Assembly (NCBI GenBank): GCA_964247055.1
Contig: OZ176056.1
Span: 5,332,001 to 5,396,000, forward strand
Reading direction: 5' to 3'
From: Paragordius varius
Lineage: Eukaryota; Animalia; Nematomorpha
Length of the DNA: 64,000 bases
This document shows, piece by piece, positions 27,319-42,026 of this stretch (positions are counted from its first letter, which is position 1; every line of letters starts with the position of its first letter). The notes under the pieces are model-generated. The model saw only the letters and a list, made by a program, of their open reading frames with translations, had not been told where the DNA came from and searched no databases. A program made the translations under genes and the position numbers.

Positions 27319-29761
27319 TACTAACCTCTTTTCGAGAAAATATTTAAATTATTAAAAAAATATCTTTATAAATTTGATTTATTTAGGTATCGTTATCTTT
27401 TATAATTTAAAATGATATATTTGGCCTTGAAGAATAGTTATCCAACGATATTAACTGTTTCATATATATCAATATCCAAAGTTCGTAATTAAGGATGCTT
27501 TTCACCATTTTTATATTTTAAAAAATAAAATAGTAAAACATAAGTTTTAAATTGAAATGTGTAGAGTTTGATTAAAATGTCAAATTTAGCTGAAAATTAT
27601 GCTGAGATTGGTTGAAAAAAGGTTTGTAATATGTGTTATTATACCGAAATTGGACAGAATAAATTAAATTACTAAATACCAGTAGAGCCTTCTATACCGT
27701 CCACTGTAATTTTTACGTTGGAGACTATAAATATATGAATAGTTGACAATTACATTTGAATTAATATAAATAAGTATCTATTACTTTGTTTTACTAACAT
27801 AGTAAATACTGATGCAAAAAAGCGAATGATTAAAATATAAAATATTTGTAGGAAATATACTATACTAGTAATGAATAACTATCGCTTTATTGAGCTAAGT
27901 AAGGGTCGGTTGAATATAAAATTCTAATTACTACCAAGTAATATTTACCCAAATAAAGTAAATGCAAATACTGATGGGATGATTTGCGGGATTTAATAAA
28001 AAAATGGAATAGAATCGTAAGACACTATTTTAAAATAATTCGAAACAACCACATCGGAAAATGCAAGACATTATTTGAAAAAACCTATTAAAATGAGACA
28101 TTTATTAAAAAATATTTCTAGGACCGCTTTTATATATTAAGGATACAGAGAAAGATCCGATGGTTTCGACATCTAAACTGTATATTATCGTATAAATTGA
28201 TGAATCTAATCTTTTTTCGCTAAAACCTATTATTTGCAAATTAATTTTTGCTTTTAAAATTTTTGCGGGCAATAATTTTCTTAGAAAAACCAGATTAATC
28301 ATTGGAAAATTATATTGCAAGGGAGGTAACATGATAAGGTTAATTTATAAAAAAAAATTTTCAAACATCTCTTTAATGCCTATATCATGCGTTGTAAAAT
28401 TTACCGTGTATTTAAAGATGCCATAACCCAAAGCGATATGGCTCAATACGATTAAGCGCTTCTGTGTGATGAATTTATCGGGTTAGAACTGCCGCTGAGT
28501 TATGCCATTTATAAATAAATTGCGGAGATTATTGCGAATGCAATTATATATATATATATATATATTATTCTTAATAATTAGATTTATTTTTCCAATTACC
28601 CTTTTGACTTTGTGACTAAAAAACTGTCGTTATGTGGGTATGGGTTATGACATCTTTAAATACACGGTAAATTTTACAACGCATTATATAGGCATTAAAG
28701 AAATGTTTGGAATTTTTTTTCATAAATTAACCTTATCATGTTATTTCCCTTGCAATATAATTTTCCAATGATTAATCTGGTTTTTTAAGAAAATTATTGC
28801 CCGCAAAAATTTTAAAGGCAAAAATTAATTAGAAAATAATAAGTTTTAGCGAAAAAAGATTGGAATCATCATTTATACGATAATATACAGTTTAGATGTC
28901 GAAACCATCGGATTCTCTGTTTCCTTTATATATAAAAGCGGTTCTAGAAATACTTTTTAAGAAAAAGTTTCATTTTAATAGGTTTTTTCAAATAATGTCT
29001 TACATTTTCCGATGTGGTTGTTTAGAATTATTTAAAAATGGTGTCTTACGATTTTATTCCATTTTCCAATATTAAATCTCACAAATCATCCCATCAGCAT
29101 TTGCATTTACTTTATTTTACTTTATTTGTTAGGTAAGTATTACTCGGTAGTAATTGATTTTTTTATTCAACCGACCCTTACTTAGCTCAATGAAGCGATA
29201 GTTATTCATTAGTATAGTATAACTACAAACATTTAATATTTTAATCATTCGCTTTTTTTTGCATCAGTATTTACTATGTTGGTAACACTAGGTAGTCGAT
29301 ACTTATTTATATTAATGCAAATGTAATTATCAACTACTCATATATTTATAGCTCCAACGTCAAAGTTACAGTGGACGTTATAGAAGGCTCTACTGGTATT
29401 TAGTAATTTAATTTATTCTGTCCAATTTCGGTATAATAACACATATCAACATAAACTTTTCAGCTAATCACATAATTTTCAGCTAAATTTGACATTTTAT
29501 AATCAAACTCTACACATTTTAATTTAAAACTTATTTACTATTTTATTTTTTAAAATATAAAAATGGTGAAAAGCATCATTAATTACGAACTTTGGATATT
29601 GATATAAATGAAACAGTTAATATCGTTGGATAACTATTCTTTAAAGCCAAATATATCATTTTAAATATTATAAAAGATAACAAAAACTTAAATAAATCAA
29701 ATTTATAAAGATTAAATTTTTTTAATTAAATTTTCAATATTTTCTCAGAAAGAGGTTAGTA
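27319..29761. mobile_element. Foldback-like palindrome, duplicate copy
   Basis: Copy of 3002-5453 inside the segmental duplication. Confidence 0.8.
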
Positions 29762-30784
29762 CGAATTATATTCATAAGAGATTCAATTTTTCTGCAACCT
29801 CTGCCTCTAAGTATGCAATTACAATTACGCATGATCGAGAAATTGGCCGTTAATATTTTTGTAAAGTTTGTATACTTTTTTAACAAAATACCGAATTCAA
29901 TCTGTTAATATTTAATATGAAAATAATTAAAAACATATAAAATTTTTAAAACACTAATTTATATTATCCATTTACGATAAAATTATGCGCCATCAATAAT
30001 CAAAAATATATATATTAAGGCGAATAACTCTTTAAAAAAAACTCCAAAGTATTAGTTAGAATGTTTTTTTAAATTTAATATCTAACAAAATATATCTGCA
30101 CTTTACTTATTCATTTTAGTTAGACTTTTTTTTTAAAAAAAAATTTGTTGAGAATCTTGGAAATCAAAAATATAAATAACAGATATATTATTTGGTTTTC
30201 CACTTTCTTTAGATTCCATATCAGCTCCATCGATTGTTACTTTTGAAGATTTTAAAATACATAATATATATTTAATATATTTAAGTTAAATTATATTGCG
30301 AAATCGGTCATCAATGTAGTTTTTAAATATTTCATACAATTCACTGTATCTCTCAATTAGAAAATATTGAAAAACTCAAAATGGTTTTCTGCTATTTTTG
30401 AAGGATAATTTCGTTTAAGCTTTTACAGCATCTAACTTAACGGTACCAATTTGTATAAATATCCATTTACGATAAAATTAATATAAAATAGCCAAATAAA
30501 TTTTTTCAAATAGTACCACAACGCTAATGATTCATACGAATGATATTGTTGCGCCATCATTAATCAAATATGTATTCTGGCGAATAACTTTTTAAAGAAC
30601 TCTATATCAACTTAAAATCTGTTGAGTTGAATATATATTAAGTAAATATAGTGCCTCAACATATCTTAAATCATAAATAGTGACCAGTAAGTCACTGTAA
30701 TTACTGATGATTTTAGTTGCAACCCGTTTTTTAAAGAAATTTTGTTAAAAGATTTTGGCAAAAAAATTTAAAAAAACTTTATAC

Positions 30785-30844
30785 CATATATAGTATTTGT
30801 TTTTCCACTTTCATTAGATTTGATCTCAGCTCCATTAGTTACTT
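30785..30844 (-). CDS. Micro-exon type B, 60 nt (duplicate of 6482-6541)
   Basis: (E)VTNGAEIKSNESGKTNTIY; one E>K change. Confidence 0.65.
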
Positions 30845-31447
30845 CTGGAGATAATAAAATACATAGTATATAATTAATATTTATAAATTAAATTATATTG
30901 CTAAATCGGTTATAAAGTAGTTTTTGTTATTTTCATATAATTCACTAGATCTCTCAATCGGAAAATATAGATGACTAAAAATGATGATTTTATTAGTCGG
31001 CTCTTTTTGAATTATTTTATATTAATTTGTTAATTTGAAAATAATTAATCTTTAATGAAAATATTCAACTAAAATTTGAAAGTCTTTTCAAATAGTTTTG
31101 CTTCGAAGACTAAATATATTTTGCATATTTTATTTTTCATAACAGATTAGATACACATTTGACCTAACAACTAAAATTAATAATTGGGGGTTTAAAATGA
31201 TCAATCCTTATGAAAATTTCCAAGATATCAATATAGAGAGTTTATGTTATTCGTTTAAAAGCGTTGACTTTTAAGTTCATGTCATCAAAGTTTACTGTAA
31301 AATTAATTTATTATATTTGGCCTACTGCCTTTATTTTGGTATTATGTTGCATTTCAGATATTACCATAAATATGATAATATATGTGAAAAAATATTAAGA
31401 CATTGTTACTCAAAATTATATTAAACCATATATTTTAAAATTATAAC

Positions 31448-31504
31448 TTTTTGTTTTTGGATAAGTATCATTGTTAGCAGGCGCATTGTCCTTTTCTTCG
31501 GAAT
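31448..31504 (-). CDS. Micro-exon type A, 57 nt (duplicate of 7142-7198)
   Basis: (D)SEEKDNAPANNDTYPKTK; one N>Y change; cryptic donor. Confidence 0.45.
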
Positions 31505-32695
31505 CTTCAAATATTATTTAGAGTAAAGTATTTAATATTTTTGTTATATTGATACTAAAACATCATTAATAAAATGCCAAGTCTAATATTTATAAAATTA
31601 TATTGCAAAAGGGGTTGTGCAGTTAAAGAATGCCCTTATAGCCTCACACAGTGGTGGAACTATATATTGTGCCCCCCCGCAAGCTTTAAATACTGGCCAA
31701 CCTTTCCCCCAAAATCGTATGAAGTTATCTTTTCACCTGGCGCCTAACTTAGATTCCTAAACATATATTTAAACCTATCCTATGTGAAGCTTTCTCTATT
31801 TCGCCTGTCAGCATGCTCACACGTTGATAAAGACACATTGTCAACATATGCGTAGAATACAAACCTATTATAGCAGCGGGGAAACTGCTTAATAAATTAA
31901 TTGCTAAAAGTTATTTTTTCGGAATTCGGATAAATAAAATTTAGACATTGTTTAGTCAGATATGGTAAAAGTTTTTTGTATTTATTCCAAAAAATAGAGT
32001 ATTTAATATATTGACAATTATGTAAATTAAAATGTTATTGTAGTAGTTGGAAAGAGCAAATATCTTGTATACAATATGTCCAATTTTGGGGTCCGGTTGA
32101 CGTTAATATTATAGGCATAAAGTTGAGTAATCTTTTATTAACATAAAAAAGCTACTGGGTTCATCATATGATATTTAAATTATTTTGCCCAAAATTTTAA
32201 TTTAGTATAACATTTTTCGGGATTATTAAATTGCAAGCCAGACATGAATCATAAAATTATATAACAAATTTATTATAAAATCAGATATTAAACTACTATA
32301 TTATATAATAATGTGAAAGTTCATCTAAAGAGGAGAGCTGATTTTCCGTATTAAAATGCATTCAAACACTTAAAATAAAATTTATTTTGACTCTTATATT
32401 AATTTATAAGGCGGCAAAAGGCCAATGATAGTTTAACATTACTTTTAAAATTATGCATTTAGGTCATATAATGCAGGTATATACTTTAGCTCGATATCTT
32501 AGATATAAAAGTATGCATTTTAATGGTTGTTCATTCCACACTATAGTTGCGCAATTTGCTACACAGTGTATGGAAGAAACAACAAACAATCACCTTTATT
32601 TTTTCATGCACTGTGTTGCAAAATACCCAACTAGAGGGACAACGATTATAATACATGAGAATCGTTGAAATCTTCGATAAATCAAAAAAGGACTT

Positions 32696-32739
<44 letters not shown>

Positions 32740-34891
32740 TAAGTAAAGGATTTTTTACATAGTTATTTAATTAAGAATGGCAAAAAGGTTTACAAAAGAT
32801 TTTAAATATATAGTTAATATTTAATAAATATTTTATTTTTTCTATAACTTTTTTAAGATTAGAAAAAAAATAAAAAAAAAGTAAAAAAATATATAATAGT
32901 GGAAATGATGTAAAGATATTAACTAGTGAAAACCAGTATCAATACTGGAAAAATCTAAGGAAACCGGGTTTCCTTTTTTATTCACATCACCCATAGTTAT
33001 AAAAAGTCTCTAATGGATGGATTGATTGTACAATCGTTTTATTGTAAAATATATTTCCATAACAATGTACAAAAATCGCCTGAAATTATTGATCTATTCA
33101 TTTTTGTAATCATTTATACGCGTTTTTGCCATCTGTTTAACTATATAAAATGCGTGATTCTTTACATATTTATTTAAATAAACTTTGCAAAACTTTATTG
33201 TATACAATTTTTATTCAAGCATCATGTTATCAATCAAAAGCAATATCTTTTTAATCGTCATTGCTTGAAATAATGCTTTTGCTTAGCTTAACATAAAAGT
33301 TATAAAAATCATTATAACCTATTAAATTTATCTCTCTAATAATTACTATGAAATTGGTATAACTATTTATTATATTTTTTATATTTTAGCAACTAACTAT
33401 TAAATAAACCTTAAGTTCTAAACAAGTAATTTAAGAAAGTCTTTTTTAAATTTAAAATATACATCATTCTCAGTCAAAAGGAACATTTTTTAAGCAAAGA
33501 CAACTGATGAAATGTAAGTTTGCATGAACAAATGTTGTCTTTGCTTGTAAATGTTGCTTTTGGCTGTAAAAACGTTGCATTTGACTGAAAAAGTGTTTAG
33601 CTGAAAAACGGTATGTTAATGTTCCTCAACAAATATGTCTAATTAAATTTCTAAGACCCATGTAATTATTGATGATTAAAATGGTTATCGAAGTTTTGTA
33701 ATAAATTGTGGTAAGCTTGATCTTAGGTTAAAAAAATAAATTAAACAATTATATACCATAAATAGTTGTTGTCTTTGTTTTAGTTTCCCTCTCCATATCT
33801 AATATTGAAGATGATATAAAATCGGTAAATAATTACTGTCAAAGATTAGATTATTTGACCAAATTGGTCATGTAATTTAAATAAATGCCACTTCTTTCCA
33901 TGGAGGCGGAAATTAACTATAATTTTTACGACTTTTTAAAAAAATCCACAACATTAGTTATTTTTAAAAAATAAGTATTAAATACAGTTAAATATGAAAT
34001 TTGATAAATTAATATCATGAGATTTGTTTATTAGTGTAGTTTATGGACAAAGGCTAATATTTTTCATAATAATGTAACTCGTTCGTGAAAATGTAAAGAA
34101 ATAGTATTAAAAAATGAGAAATTATCCGGATCGTAAAACATTTTTGCTTTAGGTAAAAATAAATCTTCTCAAATACCTAAAGAATCATAATTATTTTGTT
34201 CGGAAAGGCCGTTAAGTAGTGTCTTAGGTAGACAAAATTGATAATTTATAAAATTATTATTATACATACATATAAAACGGTATGATTACATATGTATATC
34301 AAGCCAACAAATTTGATATAATCTTTTACAACAAGTAAGTAAAGTGTGTCAACATCAGATGTTTAAATAATTCAAATATAATTTGGACTTTTGTTGAAAA
34401 AGGTTTCATATAATATATAAAATTAAGTGTAATAATCCATCATATTGAAATAATAAAATCAAATTTAATTTTTTGAATATAATCGGACTTTCATCAAAAT
34501 TTAATTATTTAAAAAAATGAAAAATCATTTTTCAAATTTGACCTCATCGGAGTTAAATATGTTTGCAAAATTATTCTGTATTAAAAGATATTTACAATTT
34601 TACCTAACAAGCAAAATTTTGAATTGGGGGTTTATAATTATCAATCCATTTAAAGAGAATCTTATGTTATTTGTTTTATAAGCGGTGACTATTAATGATG
34701 TCATCTAAGTTTACTGTAAAATAATTTTTTGGATTTGGGCACCACTACCCTTATTTTGGTGTTATTTTACATTTAAAACCATAAATATGATAATATAAAT
34801 AAAAAATTAATTATACAATGTTAATCTAAATTATATTGAACCAATGATATAAGAAATATAACTTTTAGCTATTATACGAAAAACTATATAC

Positions 34892-34933
34892 CAATTGGAC
34901 AATCCTTGTCCAGAACATTTTCCATTTCTTCGT
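34892..34933 (-). CDS. Micro-exon type A, 42 nt (duplicate of 10572-10613)
   Basis: Identical exon and splice sites. Confidence 0.65.
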
Positions 34934-35081
34934 CTTCAAATATTATTTAGAGTAAAGTATTTGATATTTTACATTGTTATATTAATACTAAAACATAATT
35001 AATAAAATGCAAGGTCTAATATTTATAAGAATATTTTGCAAAAAGAATTGTGCAGTTAAAATATGGCCTTATAGCCTCACT

Positions 35082-37132
35082 CAGTGGCGGAACTATAAAT
35101 TGGGGAACCCCGCAAGCTTTAAATACTCGCCAACCTTTCCCCCAAAAAAATCGTTTGAAGTAATCTTTCAAATTGGCGCCTTACTTAGATTCCTAAAAAT
35201 ATATATAAATCTATCCTACATAAAAACTATTCCTAATTCATAAATGGGACAGCTTGTTAAGTGAAGCTATGCGTAGAATACGGGCCTATCTAGGAATAGC
35301 ACCGGGGAAACTGCTTAAATATAAATTAATTGCTAAAAGTTATTTTTTCGGAATTCGGATAAATAAAATTTTGACATTTGTTTAGTCAGAATAATTTATG
35401 GTAATATGGTTTTTTGATAATAGGGCTTCGAACCGGTCCTAAAAAAGTGGAATTAAACCGTTCTTTAATTTTAAAATAACTCTTTTCCTAAAACAGCAAC
35501 AGGTTCCAATACGACTTGATAAATATGAAATAATTTATTGATTAAATCGAACATTAATGTGCGGACCGCCAAGTTTTTAAATTTTGAGAATGGCCCATTA
35601 AAATTGCTGATCACTGTTTTAGTGTGTGATGAAACTTTATCGAAAATTTGTTAACTAAAGATAAATTTTAAAATTACATGAATCAAAGGTTAAAAACATT
35701 AGAAAAATAATGCACATTTATATATCAGCTAACAAATGTTTGCCAATTCTCTTAATAATAAAATATGTGAAATAACAATCATTCTGTTAAAATGAATTTC
35801 CTTCCGGATTACAACACAAAACATTTTTTACAAAATTAAGGTTATTTCTCAATCGGCCAACATTAATGTAAATTGGCCTGCATAAATTGCATATATAATC
35901 AAATTAGATGTTAGAGAATATTGTTATAATAAATGTTTTTCTTTCCCTATTTTTTTTGTTCACTATTAAGGCTAAAATTTATTGGATAGTGAAAAAATGC
36001 ATCTTGTGCTCTTTCTTAACATAAACCCATTTCTTCATAAAAATTTAAATATGTACATTTCACATAACACTTGGATGCAATGCATTCATTTAAGTCTTTC
36101 GATTCAAATTGGAATAGTTAGATACCCCAAGCTTTTTTAAAAATAAACATATCAAATAATATGGAATGACATGACATAGCAAAAATTTGCACTTATATAA
36201 AATAAAAATATATCCAAAAATATACTAGGTTGACTTATTTTAGTGAAAAGCCAAAATTAAAAATTTAGTCAACATGAGATGTATGCATTAAATTTTTTTA
36301 TAAATAATAATTAAACCACTTTTTTTATTTCTATCAATATTAAATGTTTTGAATAAAATATTTCTGTTTTAAAATTATATAAACGCAATATTTTGCAAAT
36401 ATGTTGTAAAATAAAAATGGCGTCAAAATAGTTTGATATGAAACTTTTTTTTTACAAAACTAAATTTTATATAAATGTTTTGGCTTGTTTTAATAATTTT
36501 TATTAGTATAGAAGCATAAATATAATTTAGACCGTTTCTTTAAGTAACATTTTAAAAATATCAACTTAAATATAGGGGTATTTAGACAACCCAATATCGC
36601 ATGAAGTGTTTAATAACAAAATATATCTATCTTAATATATTATTGCAAATGAAATTTTATTTGTAATTATTTTAATTTAACAAAGGCAAAAATTTACATC
36701 TGTCAAAATTTTGTGAATTCTCATAAAATTATAATATTATATTTTTTATAACAAAATAATGGCCTTGGAAATATATTAGCTTCACTTTTAGTCCCAACTA
36801 TCTATTATTTAGTTTTTAACTATATTCACTTTTTAAGGTGTTAACTTGAGAGAAGTTAAAGGTATTCATTATTTATTAACTTATAATAAAACCGCTTATT
36901 AAGATACTGAAAAAATGCATTTTTTTCGCTTTTTCTTCCTTTTCAATATTTTCTTTATTTGCCAGCTTAAAATCAGGCAATCATTACTTATATATCTGTA
37001 AATAATAAAAGGTAAAAAATTCAGGCCCGCAAAATAGAAAGGGGGCCCAAATTTAATAGTATAATAATAAAAGGGCCCCTGTTTTGCCTTGCCCCACACT
37101 GCTCCCCCTAGCTCTCCGTAGTTTCGCCACTG
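35082..37132. mobile_element. hAT-1, second two-ended copy (contains MITE at 36068-36608)
   Basis: Same TIRs and GCCTCACT/GCCTCACA TSD as 10762-12806. Confidence 0.9.
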
Positions 37133-37823
37133 GCCTCACAATCATTAAACGCTACTTGTTTTTTAAATCTATAAAAGCGTTTGTATTGATTGAGAAAATA
37201 TTTGTCTTGTTTACGGAGAATGTTATTGGGAAATTTGATCAATTGTTTGGGAAAACGTTTCGTTTGATTGGGAAAACATTTCCATTGAATATGATTATTA
37301 AGTATACAAGAATAATAGTATGATTACACATTTGTTACAAGACAACAACTAAACTTCACAACTATATTGGAACCAATTAAAACTTTGTTTCCAGATATTC
37401 ATACAGTATAACCTGACTTACAGTTTGATTTTTGGGTTTAGGCAGATAAAATTAACACAAATGATATATTCTAGCCCTTTTGAATCATAAAATTTGAAAT
37501 TATACATATGCAAAATTGACAAATATTTCATTTTTAAAAATATGACTGTAAAAACTACTATATGGACTACACAATGATCTTAGTCCTTATCAAAATTACG
37601 CAATTTAAAATATTGTTTTAAAGAAGCAATAATATTTGATTGCGTTAAAGCTATAGATGGTTAGGGGACCTTATGCGGACGATGGGCGCGTTTTTAACAG
37701 CCCCTTAAAGCACTACCTCTTTAAATCAAAAAATATCTTTTAAAATAATTTTTACATTAAAATACATTATTAAACCATAGATAAAACATTGAGACTTTTG
37801 CCATTATGTAATATAAAATCTAC

Positions 37824-37871
37824 CAATTGGAGCGCCCTGTCTTCTCGATTGACTCTTTTTTTCGTTTGAAA
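37824..37871 (-). CDS. Micro-exon type C, 48 nt (duplicate of 13483-13530)
   Basis: Identical exon and splice sites. Confidence 0.65.
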
Positions 37872-38375
37872 CTAGAATTATTATGAAAAATAAAGTCTTA
37901 AATTTATATAATTATATTATAAAAAGTATCATTATAAGGTTTCAATTTTTCTGTAGAATATCCCGTGCCTCTAAGTATGCAATTAAGCAATTACGCATGA
38001 TTAAAATAAATAGGCTGTTAAATTTTTTTGCATATTTTGTATACTTTTTACACCGAATTAAGCATGATATAATTAAATAAGAAAATAATTAATAACATAA
38101 AATTTTTTTAAAACTAATTTGTATAAATATCCTTTTACGATAAAATTATGCGCCATTAAAATCAAATAATATGTTTATAAGGCGCACTTTTTTTAAAAAA
38201 ACTTTAAAGTATTAGTTAACTATGTGTTTTTCAATTCAATTTATAATAACAAAGTTTGCCTCAACATATGTTAAATCATAAATAGTAAAAATTCTATGAT
38301 CTCTGCACTTTAATTATTGATGTTTTTAGTAATTCCAAGATCTTAGCAAATAAATCAATTAAAAAAAATAAATAC

Positions 38376-38438
38376 CAGCCATAGTATTTGATTTTCCATT
38401 TTCTTTAGCTTCCATCCCAGATCCCTTATTTGCTACTT
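38376..38438 (-). CDS. Micro-exon type B, 63 nt (duplicate of 14035-14097)
   Basis: (E)VANKGSGMEAKENGKSNTMA; one R>K change. Confidence 0.65.
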
Positions 38439-39163
38439 CTGGATATTTTAAAATATATACTCTATAATTGATATATCTAAGTTAATGGTAAATCGGTCAA
38501 AAATGTAGTTTTTATAATTTAGAGAAAACCCACTATATCTCTCAATCGGAAAATATATAATCTCAAAATGATGATTTTCAGCAGTCGGCTATTAAAGAAT
38601 AAATTGATATAATTTTTACAACAAGTAAGTGATGTGGTGAACATCACATGTTTAAATAATTTACATTTTTAAATCTAATAATTTGACTTTTATTGAAAAA
38701 GCTTTCAAATAATATATATAAAAAAGTTTAATAATCCATCACATTGAAATAATTAAATTTAATTTAATTTCTTGAATATAATCGGACTTTCATCAAAATT
38801 TAATTATTTAAAAATATTTTCAAACTTGACCTCATCGGAGTTAAATAATATGTTTGCAAAATTATTCTGCATAAAAAGATATTTACAATTTCACCTAAGC
38901 AAACTTTACAATTGGGGATTTATAATTATCAATCCATTTAAAGAGAATCTTATGTTATTTGTTCGGTGACTTTTTAGTTCATGTCACCTAAGTTTACTGC
39001 AAAATCAATTTCTGCCCTTATTTTGGTGTTATGTTACATTTCTGAATAAGACCATAAATATGATAATATAAATAATAAATTAATTAGACAATGTTACTCT
39101 AAATTATATCGAACCAATGATATAACAAATATAACTTTTAGCTATTATACGATAAAAATATAC

Positions 39164-39208
39164 CTGTATTTGTTGTACTGTTAGCAGGAACATCCATCTT
39201 TTCTTCGT
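39164..39208 (-). CDS. Micro-exon type A, 45 nt (duplicate of 14822-14866)
   Basis: Identical exon; AG/GT intact. Confidence 0.65.
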
Positions 39209-39908
39209 CTTCAAATATTATTTAGAGTAAAGTATGTAATATTTTACATTGTTATATTAATACTAAAACATCATCAATAAAATGCAAGGTCTAAAATTTA
39301 TAAGAATATATTGCAAGTGGCGGAACTATAAACTGTGGGCACCCCCGCAAGCTTTAAATATTGGCCAACCTTTACCCCAAAAAAATCGTTTAAAGTTATC
39401 TTTTGACCTGCGTCTCACTTAGATTCCTCAAATATTTAAACCTACCCTACTATGAAGACTAAATTCCTAATTCATAAATGGGACTGCTTGTTAAGTATCG
39501 CTTTCTTAATTTTGATTGGCATGCTCACATATTCGTTGATATAAACACCTTGTCAACATATGCGTAGAATACGGGCCTATCTAGGAATAGCAGTTGGAAA
39601 ACTGCTTAAATATAAATGAATTGCTAAAAATTATTTTTTCGGAATTCGGATAAATAAAATTTTGACATTTTATTAGTCGGAATAAAATATTTTTTATGGT
39701 ATAGTGGTTTTTTGATATTATAATAAGAGGGCTTTGAACCGGTCCTTAAAAAGTGGAATTAGAAATGGTCTTTAATTTGAAAATGAATCTTTTCTTAAAA
39801 CAGCAACAGGTTCCAATACGACTTGATAAATATGAAAGAATGGATTGATTAAATGGAACATTAATGTGCGTACCGCCAAGTTTTTAAATTTTAAGAATGG
39901 TCCATTAA

Positions 39909-40467
39909 CACTTGGATACAACACACTCATTTTAGTCCTTCGATTCAAATTGGGGTAGTTCGATACCCCAGGCCTGTTTAAAATCAAATACTTCAAAAAG
40001 TATGGAAGCAATCGAAAACATGGCAAAATTTTGCACTTATATAACATTAATAAACCGAAATATATAAAAAAATTTATTCAAAACTACTTGATATTACTTA
40101 TTTTGAGCTAAAACTGAAAGGTAAAAATTTAGTCAGCGTGAAATGTGTCAAATTGTAAAATTAAAAAATAATACAAATTAAACCGCTTTTTCTACTTCTA
40201 TCAATGTTAGATGTAATTTATATATGAAATACTTTAGTTTTACCCTTAAAATTAAATACGATATTTTGCAAAATTTGTGTAATCGAAGTAGTTTGAGATG
40301 GAACTTTTTTTTCCAAAAAAATTTTATCTAAATATTTTGGCTTTATATTATATTTATCAGGATAGAAGCATAAATTTAAATTGGGACCGTTTCCTTCAGT
40401 AATTATTTAAAAATTTTAATTTAAATTTAGTCTGGGGTATTTAGATACCCCAATTTGTATCGAAGTG
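39909..40467. mobile_element. MITE, duplicate of 15567-16129
   Basis: Same termini and insertion site. Confidence 0.75.
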
Positions 40468-41454
40468 TGTAAATTGCCGAACAACTGTTATTAAAATAAA
40501 CTTTTTGCTATTAAATGAAAAATCCAATTGAATTAGTATTATTTTTAGCGGCACATTGTCCATGTTTTTTCCTTCGGAATCTTAAATATTATTTAGAGTG
40601 AAGTATTTAATAATATCCATTGTTTTATTAATACCAACAGTAATAAAATGCGTCTAAAATTCATATGAATATATTGCGAAAAGGGTTTTGTAATCAAAAA
40701 ATATACCCTTATAGCCTCATAATCATTAAACGCTACTAGTTTTATAAATCTAAAAAAGCGTTTTTATTGATTGATGAAATATTTGTATTGTTTGAGAAAA
40801 ATGCTATAAATAAATGGGAATATCGATCAAAGTGTTTCGACTGTTTGGGAAAAACATCATATTGACTGGTAAAACGTTTCGATTGAATATGATTGTTAAA
40901 CATACATCAATTACAGTATGATTACACATTTATTTCAAGATAACAACTCAATTTAATAATTATATTTTGGAATTAACTAATCAAAACTTTGTTTCAGATA
41001 TTAATACAGGCGATTCAGTGTAAATTATTTTTATAGCAGATGTATTTATCACAATTGACTTCGCGATCCGCATTTTAGGATCAAAAATCCGAAGGGTCAC
41101 ATTATCGAAATTGAGCAACATTTTATTTAATTTTTAACATGACTGTAAAAACTAATATTTATTTACATAATGTTGTTAATTTTTGCCAAAATTATCGAAA
41201 TAGGAAAATTTGTTTTGGAAACAAAATTTTTTGATCCCAAATCTATATAAATGGTTAGAGACCGAAGGATGATAGGCTGTGTTTTTACCCTGTGTAGTGT
41301 ACTACCTTAATTGTGATACCATGTATTAAAATAATATCCACATAAACGTGAAAATAAATTTAAGAAATAACTTTTATAAATAAGATTTTTACTATAAAAT
41401 ATATTAATAAACCACTGATAAAAAAACTTTTGCCATTTATAATATATAATCTAC

Positions 41455-41514
41455 CAGTTGTAGTGTTAGGGGCTTCAAAATCACCATTGGTTTGAATCTT
41501 ATTTTGTTTTGACT
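41455..41514 (-). CDS. Micro-exon type C, 60 nt
   Basis: aactatag| (E)SKQNKIQTNGDFEAPNTTT |gtagat; five amino-acid changes relative to 17122-17181. Confidence 0.7.
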
Positions 41515-41966
41515 CTATAGTTTTTATTTTAATTAAAGTTTTAAAATATAATTATATTCATAAAAGATTCAATTTTTCTGCAGTTCGAACCGGTCTAAAA
41601 AAGTAGAATTAGAACCGGGCTTTAATTTCAAAATGAATCGCTTCCTAAAACAGCAATAGGTTCCAATGCGACTTCATAAATATGAAATAATGTATTGATT
41701 AAATGGAACATTAATGTGCGGACCGACAAGTTTTTAAATTTTGAGTGCCGACCATTGTTTTGTTACTCCTTATCAAAATTACGAAATCGGAAATATTGTT
41801 TTAAAGAAGCAATATTATTTGATTGCGTTAAAGCTATAGAAATGGTTAGGGAACCTTATGCTGACGATGGGCCGCTTTTTTAACAGCCCCTTAAAGCACT
41901 ACCTCTTTAAATCAAAAAATATCTTTTTAAATAATTACTTTTGCCATTATGTAATATAAAATCTAC

Positions 41967-42026
41967 CAATGGGAGTGTTACGGTCTTCAGGCTGTCCACT
42001 CGATTCACTCTTATTTTCTTTTGCCA
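41967..42026 (-). CDS. Micro-exon type C, 60 nt
   Basis: aactttag| (V)AKENKSESSGQPEDRNTPI |gtagat. Confidence 0.7.

Larger units (their letters stand above)
24490..41583 (+). repeat. Segmental duplication, copy 2
   Basis: Begins cgggctttaatttcaaaatg like position 1. Differs by scattered SNPs and indels (e.g. a deletion of ~180 bp near 24740) and ends at ttttctgcag|ttcgaacc. Confidence 0.95.
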
